Below, piece by piece: positions 53,274 through 64,000 of a stretch of 64,000 nt of DNA; the stretch's first letter is position 1, and each line of letters opens with the position of its first letter. A program made the position numbers and the translations under genes. The notes beneath the pieces were generated by a model. The model was not told the DNA's origin. It searched no databases and was given only the letters and a program-made list of their open reading frames with translations. Source of the stretch: an uncultured Planctomycetaceae bacterium (GTDB taxonomy: Bacteria > Planctomycetota > Planctomycetia > Pirellulales > PALSA-1355); NCBI GenBank assembly GCA_963785305.1, contig CAWAUV010000007.1, positions 1,792,001 through 1,856,000 on the forward strand, read 5' to 3'.

Positions 53274-54956
53274 TTAGAAGCGGAACAACATGCCCGCGAA
53301 TCCGCCGGTGAGAATCAAGTCGCCGTTCGTTTTCGGCTGTTGGAATCCCGTGGTATCGGCCAAGTAGGGCAGGAACTGGTTGTCGGCCAAGGCCATCGAA
53401 GTAATGCCGACCACGCGATAGCCGGCATAGATGCTGCACCACGGCTTGATCCAGTAGTTCACGCCCAAGTCGAGTTGGCCGAGCAGCGAGACATCGGTCT
53501 TCGAGCCTTGGAGGTCGAACTGCGAGTAACCATCGCCCGTATACAGCGTGTTTTGGCAGGTGGTGTAGTTCCCCATCACCGCCATCTTCGGCGCGGCGAA
53601 GATGCTGAACCGTTGGGTGCAATAGTGATTCAGAATCACGCCGATCTGCGGACCCACGAGATTGTTGATCGAACGATCTCGCAGATACAAAGCCTGCGAA
53701 CCATTGGCGTCGTTGAAGTTGTAACCATAGGCGGTGCCACCGTAGGTCAAGGTTTCATCGAACCGGAAGTAACGCACGCCGGCAAGCCAGATCGCTTGGG
53801 TGCGGCCCGTGCCCAGAAGGCTCAAGGCCATCAGGTTCACTTCGACGTTGTTGATCCGATCGACACGCGAGATCGACTGTTGCTTCGAGCTATCCCAGAA
53901 GTACGAAGCCGGGTTCGGGCTCGAGGGATTTCCGTTGTTGATGTTGACATAACCATCGTTGATCGGGGTCGACAGGCTGCTGGTCGGGCTCGTCAAGGTG
54001 TACGAGCCGGTCATCGGGCTTACGCCCCAGTAGGTCGCCGAGAGACCGATCGGGCAGCAGCAACCACCGCAACCGCCGCACGAACCGGATCCGCAGCTTC
54101 CCGCTCCGCCACCGGCGCCGCCAAGGCCCATCGCTCCGATTCCGCCCATTGCGCCGCCGCCCAAACCGCCACCACCCAGCCCGCCGCCGCCCAGTCCGCC
54201 ACCGCCGAGTCCGCCCAAGGCGCCGGCGCCGCCACCGCCGAACCAGCGGCCCACGGTCACTTCTCCGCCGCCACCCCAGCCCGGCTTGGCGAACTGGGTG
54301 TTCATGAGCTGATCGGGATTGTTATTGCTTTCGTAGGTGGTCCAGAACCGATTCGGTTCGTTGCGAGTAAGGGCCAAGCCGCCGGCCGAGGCGAACCAGA
54401 GTCCGCCGCAATATCCACCAAACAGGGCCTGATCGCAGGCGCCGCCGGTCGTGTCGTAGCCGCGACCAACGCCCAGACCGCCAGCTCCCAGTCCACCCGC
54501 GCCCACTCCCGCGCCACCACCCAGGCCACCGCTGGGGATCAGGCTCGGTCCGGCGCCGTAGTTGGGCGCCGACACGGCGTTCGGGTCTTGATTGTAGCTC
54601 GGCGCCATATCGCTCGGGCTGCCGGCTGTTTCGGATTGCGTGGCCGGAATCGGCTCGGGCAGTGGAGCGAGTCCGCTCGCCGAGGGATTGGGTAGCGATT
54701 CGGTGGCCGAATATGCGGCCGCGGGACGCACGCCGTAGGAACCCGCCGCGCCGCGCGACATCGAAACCGCCGGCAACGGCAGCAGCGATGGCGAGCCATA
54801 GGCGGGCCGCGGCGCGGAGCGCCGTAGTAGCCCGAGGCGTCGGCGGCATAGCCTTGGCCGGGGGCTTGCGCCGTACTGGGACTGTCCCAGCACCGGCTGT
54901 GCGCCGGCCAGCGCGAGGCTGGCGCCGCACACGCAGGCTAGAAACGAAGATTTCAT
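53274..54956 (-). CDS. BBP7-like outer-membrane beta-barrel protein
   Basis: Signal peptide, Gly-rich loops, GVRYFRFDE, NNLVGPQIG, GYRVVG, terminal Phe. Confidence 0.7.
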   Translation of the reverse strand: MKSSFLACVCGASLALAGAQPVLGQSQYGASPRPRLCRRRLGLLRRSAPRPAYGSPSLLPLPAVSMSRGAAGSYGVRPAAAYSATESLPNPSASGLAPLPEPIPATQSETAGSPSDMAPSYNQDPNAVSAPNYGAGPSLIPSGGLGGGAGVGAGGLGAGGLGVGRGYDTTGGACDQALFGGYCGGLWFASAGGLALTRNEPNRFWTTYESNNNPDQLMNTQFAKPGWGGGGEVTVGRWFGGGGAGALGGLGGGGLGGGGLGGGGLGGGAMGGIGAMGLGGAGGGAGSCGSGSCGGCGGCCCPIGLSATYWGVSPMTGSYTLTSPTSSLSTPINDGYVNINNGNPSSPNPASYFWDSSKQQSISRVDRINNVEVNLMALSLLGTGRTQAIWLAGVRYFRFDETLTYGGTAYGYNFNDANGSQALYLRDRSINNLVGPQIGVILNHYCTQRFSIFAAPKMAVMGNYTTCQNTLYTGDGYSQFDLQGSKTDVSLLGQLDLGVNYWIKPWCSIYAGYRVVGITSMALADNQFLPYLADTTGFQQPKTNGDLILTGGFAGMLFRF

Positions 54957-55447
54957 CGCAATAGACTCCTTTCGGGAGGTGGATGTTCTCCGCCGCTTCC
55001 GCGCGGCGGAGTTGAATTTCAACACGAGCCAATAATGAGAGAACCGCGGCCGTTCTCTCGCTGTGGAAATCCATTCCACGCACACAGTCCATTACGCACA
55101 TGTCTTTTCGACGAGCAACGCGCCGTGAACGCTGGAAAACGGCCCTGTTCGGAGAAATTTTCCTCAAGCCGGGCACTGTAAGCCGCGCCGCCGGAAGCTT
55201 AAGAACGCCGCGTAAAAAGTCGCGCGGGCGCCCGACCGGCACAGCCGTCGCGGCGCGCACGAAGAAGCCGCACAGCCGGCGCCGATGAACGCTCGCCAGC
55301 CGGCGCACGATCGGGAGAAGAAGAAGCCAATTCACGATCGGCCACAGGTTCAGCGATCGCGGCGCGCGAGAGTCGCCGCTGGCGAGCTCATGCGATGCGG
55401 CAGCGACATCCGAGACATGCCGGCAACGGAATCCGGCGTCGAAGAAC

Positions 55448-55489
55448 TACCCCCGGCTGGACTCGAACCAGCAGCCCTCCGCTTAGAAG
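55448..55489 (-). pseudogene. 3' half of tRNA-Arg(TCT), att-site remnant
   Basis: CTTCTAA GCGGA GGGCT GCTGGTTCGAGTCCAGC CGGGGGTA on minus strand; the 5' anticodon stem and D-arm are absent. Confidence 0.8.
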
Positions 55490-55654
55490 TTGGGTTGAAA
55501 GTCTCGATCCAAGTGCTTTTAGAATAAGGGCTTAGCGCCACCGAAACCCTTGATTGTGCCGAGATTCGTGCAGAGTTCGGCGGAAATTTCGCGTAGCGAA
55601 CTCCGCCGGGGGCGTAGAAACACACAGAGCACTACATACAACTCTGAGGAATCA

Positions 55655-55748
55655 ATGCGACAGCCGCGACCTTATTTCAGGAAACAAACCCAAAGTTGGT
55701 ACGTCCAACTCGGCAAAGTTCAGCACAATCTCGGCCGCGATCAGGGCC
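55655..55748 (+). pseudogene. N-terminal stub of a tyrosine integrase, cut by IS630
   Basis: GAGGA RBS; MRQPRPYFRKQTQSWYVQLGKVQHNLGRD resembles integrase arm domains. Confidence 0.6.
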
Positions 55749-55750
55749 TA

Positions 55751-56972
55751 GTGCGGCATCAAGTCTTGATTTGTGGGTAGAGGCGTTTCAGTTTCGTGCG
55801 GGCATTTTCGATGCGGAACTGCCAATCGACGCCGCGCTGCTTGGCGTTGGTTTTGTCGGACCAGATGCCGATTTCGCGTTGCAGATCGTTGAGTTCGCCG
55901 ATGCGACGGCCCCGAAGGCACTGGCTGGTCAGGCAGCTCAACTCGCATTCAGCGACATTCAGCCAACTGCCGTGCTTCGGCGTGTAGCAGAAGTCGATCC
56001 GTTGCACGTATCCACGGGCACGTTCCGCTTCGAACGCTTCGTAAAACGCTCCCTTGGTGTGGGTATTGAGGTTGTCGCATACCAGCGTCACTTTCGCGCA
56101 GTCGGCATAGCGCCCGTCCAGTAGTTCGGCGACTTCGATCGCCCAGTCTTCCTTGGTCCGCCGGGCGCGAGCCGTCGCCTGACGGAATCCCGAGAGCGGC
56201 TCGGCGAACATGAAGATGCTGGCTGTGCCGTTGCGCTCGTACTCGTAATCGACCCGCTGGCCGTGCTCCTTCGTGGCCGGGATCGGCATCCGTGTTTCCT
56301 TGAGCAACTGGACCGGTTGCTCGTCCATGCACAACACCGGTTGCCGCGGATCGTACGCCTGGGCATAGGTTTCGAGCACTTCTTCCATGCAGGCGACGAA
56401 CTCGCCATCTTGCTCCGGCGGGATCACCCAGTACTCGATCTTGCGCTTGGTCATGCCGTTTTTTTTAGCGTCTTGCGGACGGTCTCGTCACTAATCGAAT
56501 CGACCACCTCCAGAGCAACCAGTTCGTCGGCGAGCAGTTGCAAGGTCCAGCGTCCGTAACCCGCGGGCGGCTTGCCCAACCGCATGGCGATCAGCTTCGC
56601 TTCACCTTCGCCATCGAGCTTGGGCGGCGTGGGCGGCGACGGGCGCTTCTTGCCATCCAAGGCCAACTCAAAGCCCTCCGTGACCAACCGCTTGCGGAGA
56701 TTCTCGATCGTCTGCACGCGGCAATCGAATGCCTCGGCGATCTTCGCATCCGGCCACCCCGGCCCAGCGGCATCGGCCTTGAGCAGAATCCGCGCCCGGC
56801 GTGCCTTTTGCGACGACCCCTTGAGCTTCTTGACGACCTCCCGGCAAACGCCGCGCTCCTCATCGGACAACCGCACGATGTACTTCTTGTACATGGGACA
56901 CCTCCTTGTTACCGAAGGTTTCTCATCAATCCTTGAAATCCGCAACCCCATTTCTTACGCTTGATGCCGCAC
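55751..56972 (-). mobile_element. IS630-family insertion sequence
   Basis: IRs GTGCGGCATCAAG / CTTGATGCCGCAC, flanked by TA (within CTAG) at both ends. Confidence 0.95.
55759..56894 (-). CDS. IS630 transposase, orfA/orfB joined by frameshift at A8 (56459-56466)
   Basis: orfA HTH..RWTLQLLA..TLKK; orfB CMDE, DYEYERNG, CDNLNTH, PKHGSWLNVAE. Confidence 0.93.
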
Positions 56973-57174
56973 TAGCGATTCGTTGCCATCCGGCTGTTCA
57001 ACGCGGATGGTCGTGGTGCTGTCGGCTCCAAAAACGACTCCTTCTTCCGTGACATAACAAGCGGCGATCGTCATATTGTGCTCGCGCCAGAAGCGTCTTT
57101 GGGACAAAAACCCGATTGGTCATGCGCCTATGCTTCAAGTCGAAAGCACATTGCAGGCGGCGATCTAAATTGCG

Positions 57175-58704
57175 TCACGCCAGAATCTTTTTCACCACGT
57201 TGCCAGCGACGTCGGTTAGCCGGAAGTCGCGGCCGTTGTAGCGGTAGGTGAGTTTTTCGTGGTTCAGGCCCAGCAAGTGCAAGATCGTGGCGTGCAGGTC
57301 GTTGATGCTCACGCGGTCGGTCACCGCTTTGTGGCCCAGCTCGTCGGTCTCGCCGTGATGCGCGCCTCCGCGCACTCCGGCGCCCGCGAACCAAGTGGTG
57401 AAGGCATGGGGGTTGTGGTCGCGGCCGGTTCCGCCTTTTTGCACGATCGGCAAGCGGCCGAACTCGCCGCAGCACACCACCAGGGTCGAGTCCCAGAGGC
57501 CGCGCTGCTTGAGATCGGCCAGCAGGCCCGCGATCGGGCGATCGGTTTCCAGGGCAAAACCCGAATGATTCTTGGCGATGTCGGCGTGGCCGTCCCAACT
57601 GCGCTCGTTATCCATGCCGCCACTGTAAATCTGCACGAACCGCACTCCCCGCTCCACCAGCCGCCGAGCGGTGAGCGTTTGCTTGGCGAAGTGCCGGCAG
57701 CGCGGGTCGTCGAGACCATAGAGCTTTTGCACGCTCTCGGGCTCCGACGCCAGATCGAGCGCCTCGGGCGCCGCCATTTGCATGCGATACGCGAGCTCGA
57801 AACTCTCGATCCGCGCGGCGAGCTCGGCGTCGTCGCCGGCTTGAGCCAAGTGACGTTGGTTGAGCCGGCCCACGAGATCGAGCTCGGCTCGTTGGCCGGC
57901 GGCGAGGGCGGCGTCGGGCGCCAGATTGGCGATCGGCGAGCCTTGGGCGGCGAGGGCCGTGCCTTGGAAAATGCTGGGCAAGAAGCCGGCGCCCCAGTTT
58001 TGCGCCGAGCCCTTGGGCAGGCCGCGATTGAGCGTGTCGTACATCACGACAAACGCCGGTAGATTCTGATTCTGCGTGCCCAGGCCATAGGTCACCCAAG
58101 AGCCAAGGCAAGGGAACCCCATGCGGCTCATGCCGGTGTTGATCTCGAAGAGCGCGGGCGAGTGATTGTTAGTGTGCGTGTAGCAGGAATGAATAAACGC
58201 CATGTCGTCGACATGACCTGAAAGTTCCGGAAAGATTTCCGAGACCCAACTGCCCGACTGGCCATGTTGGGCGAATTTGAAGGGGCTCTTCATCAGCGGC
58301 CCGACCTGGCCGGTGAAGAATCCGGTGTTTTTGTCGAAGCCGGCGAGCTCCTTGCCGTCTTGCTTTTCGAGTTCGGGCTTGTAGTCGAACGTGTCGACTT
58401 GGCTGGGCCCGCCGTTCATGAAAATCCAGATCACGCTCTTGGCCTTGGCGGCCAGATGTCCAGGCCGAGCGGCGAGCGGATTGGGCGGCGGGGCGAGTCC
58501 ATGCGTCGCGGTGTTCGATGGCCCGACAGCGGATTCCGCGGCCGAGAGCAGCTTGGCGTCGTCGAGTAGCGAGAGGAGCGCGAGCATGCCGCAGCCCGCG
58601 CCGGCGGAGCGCAAAAATTCGCGCTGCGCGGCTGTTCGGCTCGGCGCCGCGAACCAGTGTTTCGCTTCCGCGCTCGCGCGGACGGTCGTGCGATCAATCC
58701 ACAT
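57175..58704 (-). CDS. DUF1501 domain protein
   Basis: AKAKSVIWIFMNGGPSQVDTFDYKP, ARRLVERGVRFVQ, GEFGR, GRDH. Confidence 0.93.
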   Translation of the reverse strand: MWIDRTTVRASAEAKHWFAAPSRTAAQREFLRSAGAGCGMLALLSLLDDAKLLSAAESAVGPSNTATHGLAPPPNPLAARPGHLAAKAKSVIWIFMNGGPSQVDTFDYKPELEKQDGKELAGFDKNTGFFTGQVGPLMKSPFKFAQHGQSGSWVSEIFPELSGHVDDMAFIHSCYTHTNNHSPALFEINTGMSRMGFPCLGSWVTYGLGTQNQNLPAFVVMYDTLNRGLPKGSAQNWGAGFLPSIFQGTALAAQGSPIANLAPDAALAAGQRAELDLVGRLNQRHLAQAGDDAELAARIESFELAYRMQMAAPEALDLASEPESVQKLYGLDDPRCRHFAKQTLTARRLVERGVRFVQIYSGGMDNERSWDGHADIAKNHSGFALETDRPIAGLLADLKQRGLWDSTLVVCCGEFGRLPIVQKGGTGRDHNPHAFTTWFAGAGVRGGAHHGETDELGHKAVTDRVSINDLHATILHLLGLNHEKLTYRYNGRDFRLTDVAGNVVKKILA

Positions 58705-61700
58705 AGGCAAACTCGTTGAGCGAAAGGAGGGCATGACAAAAATCGGTCCAGGCCTTTTCTTCAGCCGCCGCCGCTGGGCCGCTCGACGCATAACGCGCGG
58801 TCTGCTCGGCGAGAAAGTCCCGGGCCAGCGAAACCTCGATATCGTCGGGCGCCCGGGCCAGCGCGAGCCGATAGGCGCGCTCGATTCTCGCCGCGGCCGC
58901 ATCACCGCTTGTGCCCAACGCGCCGCCCGCGCTTTCGACACGCATCGCGAGCAATGAGCGACCAAAGCTTCGGGCGCAATCGATCACCGCGGCGTCGTTC
59001 ATCAGCGCGAGGGCTTGCGGAGCAACCGTGGTCGAGCACCGCAGGCCCACGCCTTGCAGTGGCTCGGGGCAATCAAACGCCACCATCCAGGGCACGAGCC
59101 GGCTGCGTTTGACGGTGAAATAAATGCCTCGCCGCGGCTGCTTGTCGTCCAAGGAGCCGGGCCCAAACATGCGCGGGTCGAGTCGCCCGCCGACAAAAAG
59201 CATCGCGTCGCGAAGCGATTCGGCCTCGAGCCGCCGGCGAACAAAATGAGTATACAACGCTCGTTCGCGGTCGGTCCCGCTCTGGGCGCGTTGTTGATAC
59301 ACGGCGCTGGTCATGAGCAGTTTATGGATCGGCTTGAGCCGCCAACCGTTTTCAATGAGCTGGAGCGCCAGGTTGTCGAGCAACTCGGGATGCGAGGGCC
59401 GCTCGCCCTGGGCGCCGAAATCGCTCGGCGTGGCCACGAGTCCGCGGCCGAAGTGATGCCGCCAAAGTCGATTCACAATCACGCGGGCCAAGAGCGGGCC
59501 GGCCCCGTGGTCGAGATCGGTCATCCACCGCGCGAGCGCGGCGCGGCGACCACTTGAGGGTTTGAAATTCGCGGCGTCGGCGGATTTGGGGTCCACCGCC
59601 GCGGAGAGCGGCTCGCCTTCCGCGAGCGTCGCGGCCGCATTCCAAAAGTCTTCGCCAACGCTCGGATCCGAGAGCACTCGCAAATAACCCGGCGGCGCGG
59701 GGCCTTGCTTTTGCGAGAGGTCGCCACGTTTGAGGAACTGGGTGTCGGGATAAAAGTCGGGCCCTTGCGTGCGCAGCCGCAGCGGCGGAACATTTTCGCT
59801 CGCCACCAGGGCGTTGATCGTCTCGGGCCGCGGCTCGTGATGGGCGTCGATCGCCGCCCGCAGCCGCAGCCAATCGCCATCGGTCGCGCGGTGGTGGGCG
59901 ACAAGTCGGTCACGATCCTCTTTTGTGCGCTGATCGGCCGACTTCGCGAGCGCGGCGCGAATCGCCATCGCATCGGCATATAGCATCGTGGGCGCCGTGA
60001 TCGCCGGCGGCTCGACCCGCGCGCGGGCGCCGCCGAATTCGAAATCGCGGGTGATCGCGGCGGAATCGCGAGCGAGAGCCTTGGCCGGCCGATCGCGTGG
60101 CGAAGGTTGTTGTCGAACTTGAGCGTAACCGTCAGCACGGTCTCGGCGTCGAGCTCGAGCGGAGTCGCCAAGTCCCAGGCCACGGCGTGATCTTCGCCAA
60201 ACCGTGGGTCCACGGCCCAGCCGCTCTTGGGATCGTCGTCGATCGTGGCTCGCGCCGGAAGGCCGTTTTGCTCATGCGTGGCGCGGGCATTTCGCAGCTC
60301 GCGGTTCTCGGTCGGTCCCTCGCCTTGAGTCACGGAAAGGCGAACATCGGTCAGGGCGAAGTTGCCGTTGTCGGCGCGGCCCGGGCCTTGACGCGGGAGC
60401 GAAGGATCGGCCAATGCTTCGAGCCGCAGATGCGCGAGCGTGCCTTCGACATTGCGCACCGTGAAGGTATATGAATCGAAATCGGGCTTCGGCCCCGTGG
60501 CGAGCCACGAGCCATCGGGCTGGGCGGTCCACTTGGCGCCGCCCGATGATATGGGCGCTTCGATCGCCGGCGCGAGCCAAGCCGGGCTCGGCGGGGCGGG
60601 ATTGCCGGCCAGCCAACTCTCGAAGCGACGCGCCAACTCCTCGGCCTCGAACTTCGCGAGCGCCGCCACGAGCAGCGCGTGTTCGCCCCGCCAGCGCTCG
60701 CGAGTTGCGCGCGTCGCCGCGGGATGCGGATCGAGATCGAGATCGAGATTCGATCGCACCGTCGAGGTGAAGACCGACGCCAAACGATAGTAATCGTGCT
60801 GGCCGATCGGGTCGTACTTGTGGTCGTGGCAGCGAGCGCAGCCGATCGTGAGACCGAGCATCGAGGTACCGATGGTAGACACCATGTCGTCGAGTTCGTC
60901 GTAGCGCTCTTTCTCGGCTTGGTTCGCCGTGATTTGGGTGGCATGCGCGCCGGCGGCCAAGAAGCCGGTGGCCATCCATGCGTCGGACTCCGCCGGGGCA
61001 AGTTCATCGCCCGCGATTTGCCAGCGCACGAACCGGTCGTAGGGCATGTCGTCGTTCAGGGCGCGAATCACGAAATCGCGATAGTGATACGCGTTGGGCC
61101 GATCGTCGTCTTGCTCGAAGCCGTGGCTTTCGGCATAGCGGGCCAAGTCGAGCCAATGCCGCGCCCGGCGCTCGCCATGGCGCGGACTCGCGAGCAGCCG
61201 GTCGATCAGTCGCTCATAGGCGTCGGGGGCCGAGTCCGCGACAAACGCGGCCACTTCATCGGGCGTCGGCGGCAAGCCGATCAGGTCGAGACTTGCCCGG
61301 CGGATGAGTCGCCATCGCTCGGCCACGGGGCTCGGCCCAAGGCCGGCGGCTTCTTGCTTGGCCAGGATAAAACGATCGACCTCGGTGCGCGGCCAATCGC
61401 CGGCCGACACCCGCGGCGGTTCGTGCTTCGCCAATCGCTTGAACGACCAAAAGTCGCGCCGCTCGGGCGGGATCGGCCGCGGTGTCGCGGGACCGAGCGC
61501 TCCGGACAAGGGAGCGTCGTAGCCGGCGCCGGCGTTGATCCAGGCGGCGAGCCAGGCAATGTGTTCGTCGGCAAGCTGCGGCTCGTCGGCCGGCATCGCG
61601 GGCTCGTCGGCGTGCGAGACGAGCTTTATGAGCAAGCTCTTCGAAGCGTCGCCCGACACAATCGCCGGGCCAAGGCTGCCACCTTTGAGTAGACCCTCGC

Positions 61701-62001
61701 GCGTGGTGAGGTCGAATTCGCCTTGTGTCTTTTCGCCGCCGTGGCACTTGAGGCAACGGGTCGCGAGCAATTCGCGCACCCCGGATTGAAATAGCGCGAC
61801 GCCCGCCGCGGGGGCGGTGCTTTGCCCGGCCGCCGGCGCGACAACCGGCGCGGCGGCTTCGGCCTCGTTGGCTTCGGCGGCGCCCGCCCGCGCCGGCCCC
61901 CAACCGCCCCATGCCAAAAGCACGAGCGCGCCCCATGCCATGCCACGGGAGAACAATCGCTTCCCAATGGAAACGAGCGGCGATTGGTTGAACAACCCCA
62001 T
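58694..62001 (-). CDS. Planctomycete cytochrome c / DUF1549 / DUF1553 protein (frameshift near 60000-60070)
   Basis: [56 protein letters not shown]; start could be 61941. Confidence 0.9.
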
Positions 62002-62145
62002 CGAGCGAGTCCTGATCGGGCCAGCGGCGGGAAACGCAAAAGGCGGGAGCCCGGTGCTCGAGCGCGCCAAGCCACCCCTGCATGTTAATGAAAACCGCGC
62101 CGCCGATCAAATTTCCTGCGCCGCGATCGGCGCTACTTCCGTTCG

Positions 62146-63453
62146 TTACGAGTTCGCGTTTTGGGGCTTCCGGGCCAGCGCCGCGATCAGTCGGGGCGCG
62201 AGGAGCCAGCAGGCGGCCGTGAGTAGGGCGCCAACGACAACCAGACTCTGAAAGGCGCCGCGGCTGCCGAGCCGCTCCTGCCAAGCGTCGCTCCAGTGGC
62301 CGCCCAGAGCTTGCGACAGGCTGGTCGCGAGGTTCGAGACGCCCATCAGCAGGGCGAACAATGTGCCGGCGGCTTCGACCGGACAGAGTCGGGCGGCGAT
62401 GTCGAGCAGCATCAATGTGCCGGTAGCGCTAGCGAATCCCGACAGCATGCTGGCGGCGATCGCGGAGCGCGGGCCCGTGAGCGGCAAATAGGCCAGCGTG
62501 CTCGCGACGCCCACGGCGATCGCTCCATGCACCAAAGCGCCGGTCGAGAGACGGCGGCAATAGGCGCCATAGGCAATGCTCGCCACCATCGCGGCGGCCC
62601 AGCCGAGCGCGTCGCAGTCGCCGCAAAACGTCTTGCTGAGCGACAGCGGCCCCAGGAGATACAACTGCGAAATTCGAGCGGAGAACGGGTTGAAATTCCA
62701 TAAAAACAAGAGACCGCCCGCAATCAACACGCCCGATGACCGCACCGCCACGAACTGCGATCTCATGAGCGCAAGCGAAAATGCGCGACCCGCTTCGGTC
62801 CGCGGCTGTTCGTCGACGAACCAAATCGCGAGCAGCGTCGAGAGCAGCGCCAACAGGGCGGCAATCGCCAGCGCCGCGCGTTCTTGATGTTGATCGCCGA
62901 GCCGACCTCCCAGCGCCGCGCCGACAATGCTCGCGGCATAGATCGCGGTCCACTGGATGCTCTGAAAGCGGCCGGTCATGCCGAGCGGTTGTCCGGTGTC
63001 GATCATCAACGCATCGATCACCACATCGGAAAACGCCGTGGCGAGACTCGCCACCAAGAGCAGCGCGAGCAGCGATCCAGAGGCTCCGGCATCGAGCCGC
63101 CCCAACGCCGCGGCGCCAAACGCCACCGCCGCCACGACGCTCGAACCGATCAGATACACTTTGCGACGGTATCCGGCGATCGGCAGATAGTCGGTCGCCA
63201 GGCCATAGAGCGGCTTGATGAACCACGGCAAACCCACCAGGGCGAAGAAGATCGTGATCTGGCCGACGGTCCAGCCCCAAGAGTCGAGCAGCGCCGTGAT
63301 CGGCAAGGCGATAAGCCCCTCGCTGTCGGAGAGCGCTTGAAAGACATAGAAGCCCGCGAACAGCATCGAGAGACGAACCATCTCGGCGCACGACTTGGTC
63401 CCTTGTGCGCGAGCGTGCTCGGGGGCCGCGGCGGCCGGGCCGGGGTTATCCAT
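62146..63453 (-). CDS. MFS transporter, BT1 (folate-biopterin)-like
   Basis: PWFIKPLYGLATDYLPIAGYRRKVY, DVVIDALM, EAAGTLFALLM. Confidence 0.8.
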   Translation of the reverse strand: MDNPGPAAAAPEHARAQGTKSCAEMVRLSMLFAGFYVFQALSDSEGLIALPITALLDSWGWTVGQITIFFALVGLPWFIKPLYGLATDYLPIAGYRRKVYLIGSSVVAAVAFGAAALGRLDAGASGSLLALLLVASLATAFSDVVIDALMIDTGQPLGMTGRFQSIQWTAIYAASIVGAALGGRLGDQHQERAALAIAALLALLSTLLAIWFVDEQPRTEAGRAFSLALMRSQFVAVRSSGVLIAGGLLFLWNFNPFSARISQLYLLGPLSLSKTFCGDCDALGWAAAMVASIAYGAYCRRLSTGALVHGAIAVGVASTLAYLPLTGPRSAIAASMLSGFASATGTLMLLDIAARLCPVEAAGTLFALLMGVSNLATSLSQALGGHWSDAWQERLGSRGAFQSLVVVGALLTAACWLLAPRLIAALARKPQNANS

Positions 63454-64000
63454 CGCGCCAAGCATGCCAGGGATTTCGCAAGCGTTCGACAAAGGCGGCC
63501 GGTTTGCGGCGATAAAGCCGATTGCCGATCGCGATCGCGCGGCATGTCAGCGAGTCGCGCCGCTGGTCGAGCTTGGCCAAAAGCAATTCGGCGTCGGGCG
63601 ATGTGAAAAAATGCTCGCACACCACATCAGCGAAGAGCGCCAAATCATGGTTTTCGCCCAAAATATCGCCGAGGCGATCGGCCAGTCGGGCCAGCTTGCC
63701 GCCCCGCTTGGGCCAAGCCGGCTTGAGCATCTCAAGTTCATAACGAAGGAATTTCGCTTGCTTGCGACACTCATGCAACCGAGCGACCGTGGGCTCTTTT
63801 TTCGCCCGTGAAAACGCTTCGCGGCCGGAGCAATAGACGCGCTCGACGCCGGCGGAGACCGATGGCCAAGCGTGGCCCTTGAGCCGCCAATGCCGTGTCC
63901 TCTGGCGGAAGCGATCGATGGCGTTTCTCGCGCCGGCAAGGCGAACGGCGAGCGGTTCATTTCCGTTGCTCGCCACGTGGCTCGCGCCCTCGTTCAGTTC
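63446..64000 (-). CDS. CHAD domain protein (5' part outside window)
   Basis: LHECRKQAKFLRY, LGDILGENHDL. Confidence 0.85.
   Translation of the reverse strand, partial: ELNEGASHVASNGNEPLAVRLAGARNAIDRFRQRTRHWRLKGHAWPSVSAGVERVYCSGREAFSRAKKEPTVARLHECRKQAKFLRYELEMLKPAWPKRGGKLARLADRLGDILGENHDLALFADVVCEHFFTSPDAELLLAKLDQRRDSLTCRAIAIGNRLYRRKPAAFVERLRNPWHAWRDG

Noticed and set aside
55448..55520. Functional tRNA-Arg gene
   Set aside because: No 5' anticodon stem, D-arm or 5' acceptor strand; kept as an att remnant

Overview
GC-rich bacterial DNA, almost certainly from a Planctomycete (Pirellulales-like). The evidence is DUF1559, DUF1501, DUF1549/DUF1553, a BBP7-type barrel, an LEQLEDR-signal adhesin and an ECF sigma/Ser-Thr kinase pair. 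Backbone genes include rpmE-prfA-prmC, ftsH, a dksA-like gene and hisE-hisG. Many genes carry single indels, including prmC and hisE, which looks like uncorrected long-read error. Mobile content: two copies of an ISKra4/ISLre2-like IS, one ISAs1, one IS630, a tRNA-Arg(TCT) 3' fragment with an integrase stub, several REP-like repeat families, and a ~10.7 kb phage-satellite-like island (~14950-25684) abutting tRNA-Leu(TAA). The island is the most interesting part. It has a few isolated virion-type genes, a stand-alone FtsH-like protease domain, a sigma70 promoter followed by a C4/CI-like antisense RNA with its own upstream target boxes, three tyrosine-recombinase-related genes (one apparently dead, one HTH-fused, one canonical) and a perfectly phased 11-bp TTCCGCA array. 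Both Mutator-like IS copies end exactly 28 bp before a sigma70 -35 box, which suggests promoter-targeted insertion. All family calls come from motif recognition by eye, not from database searches.
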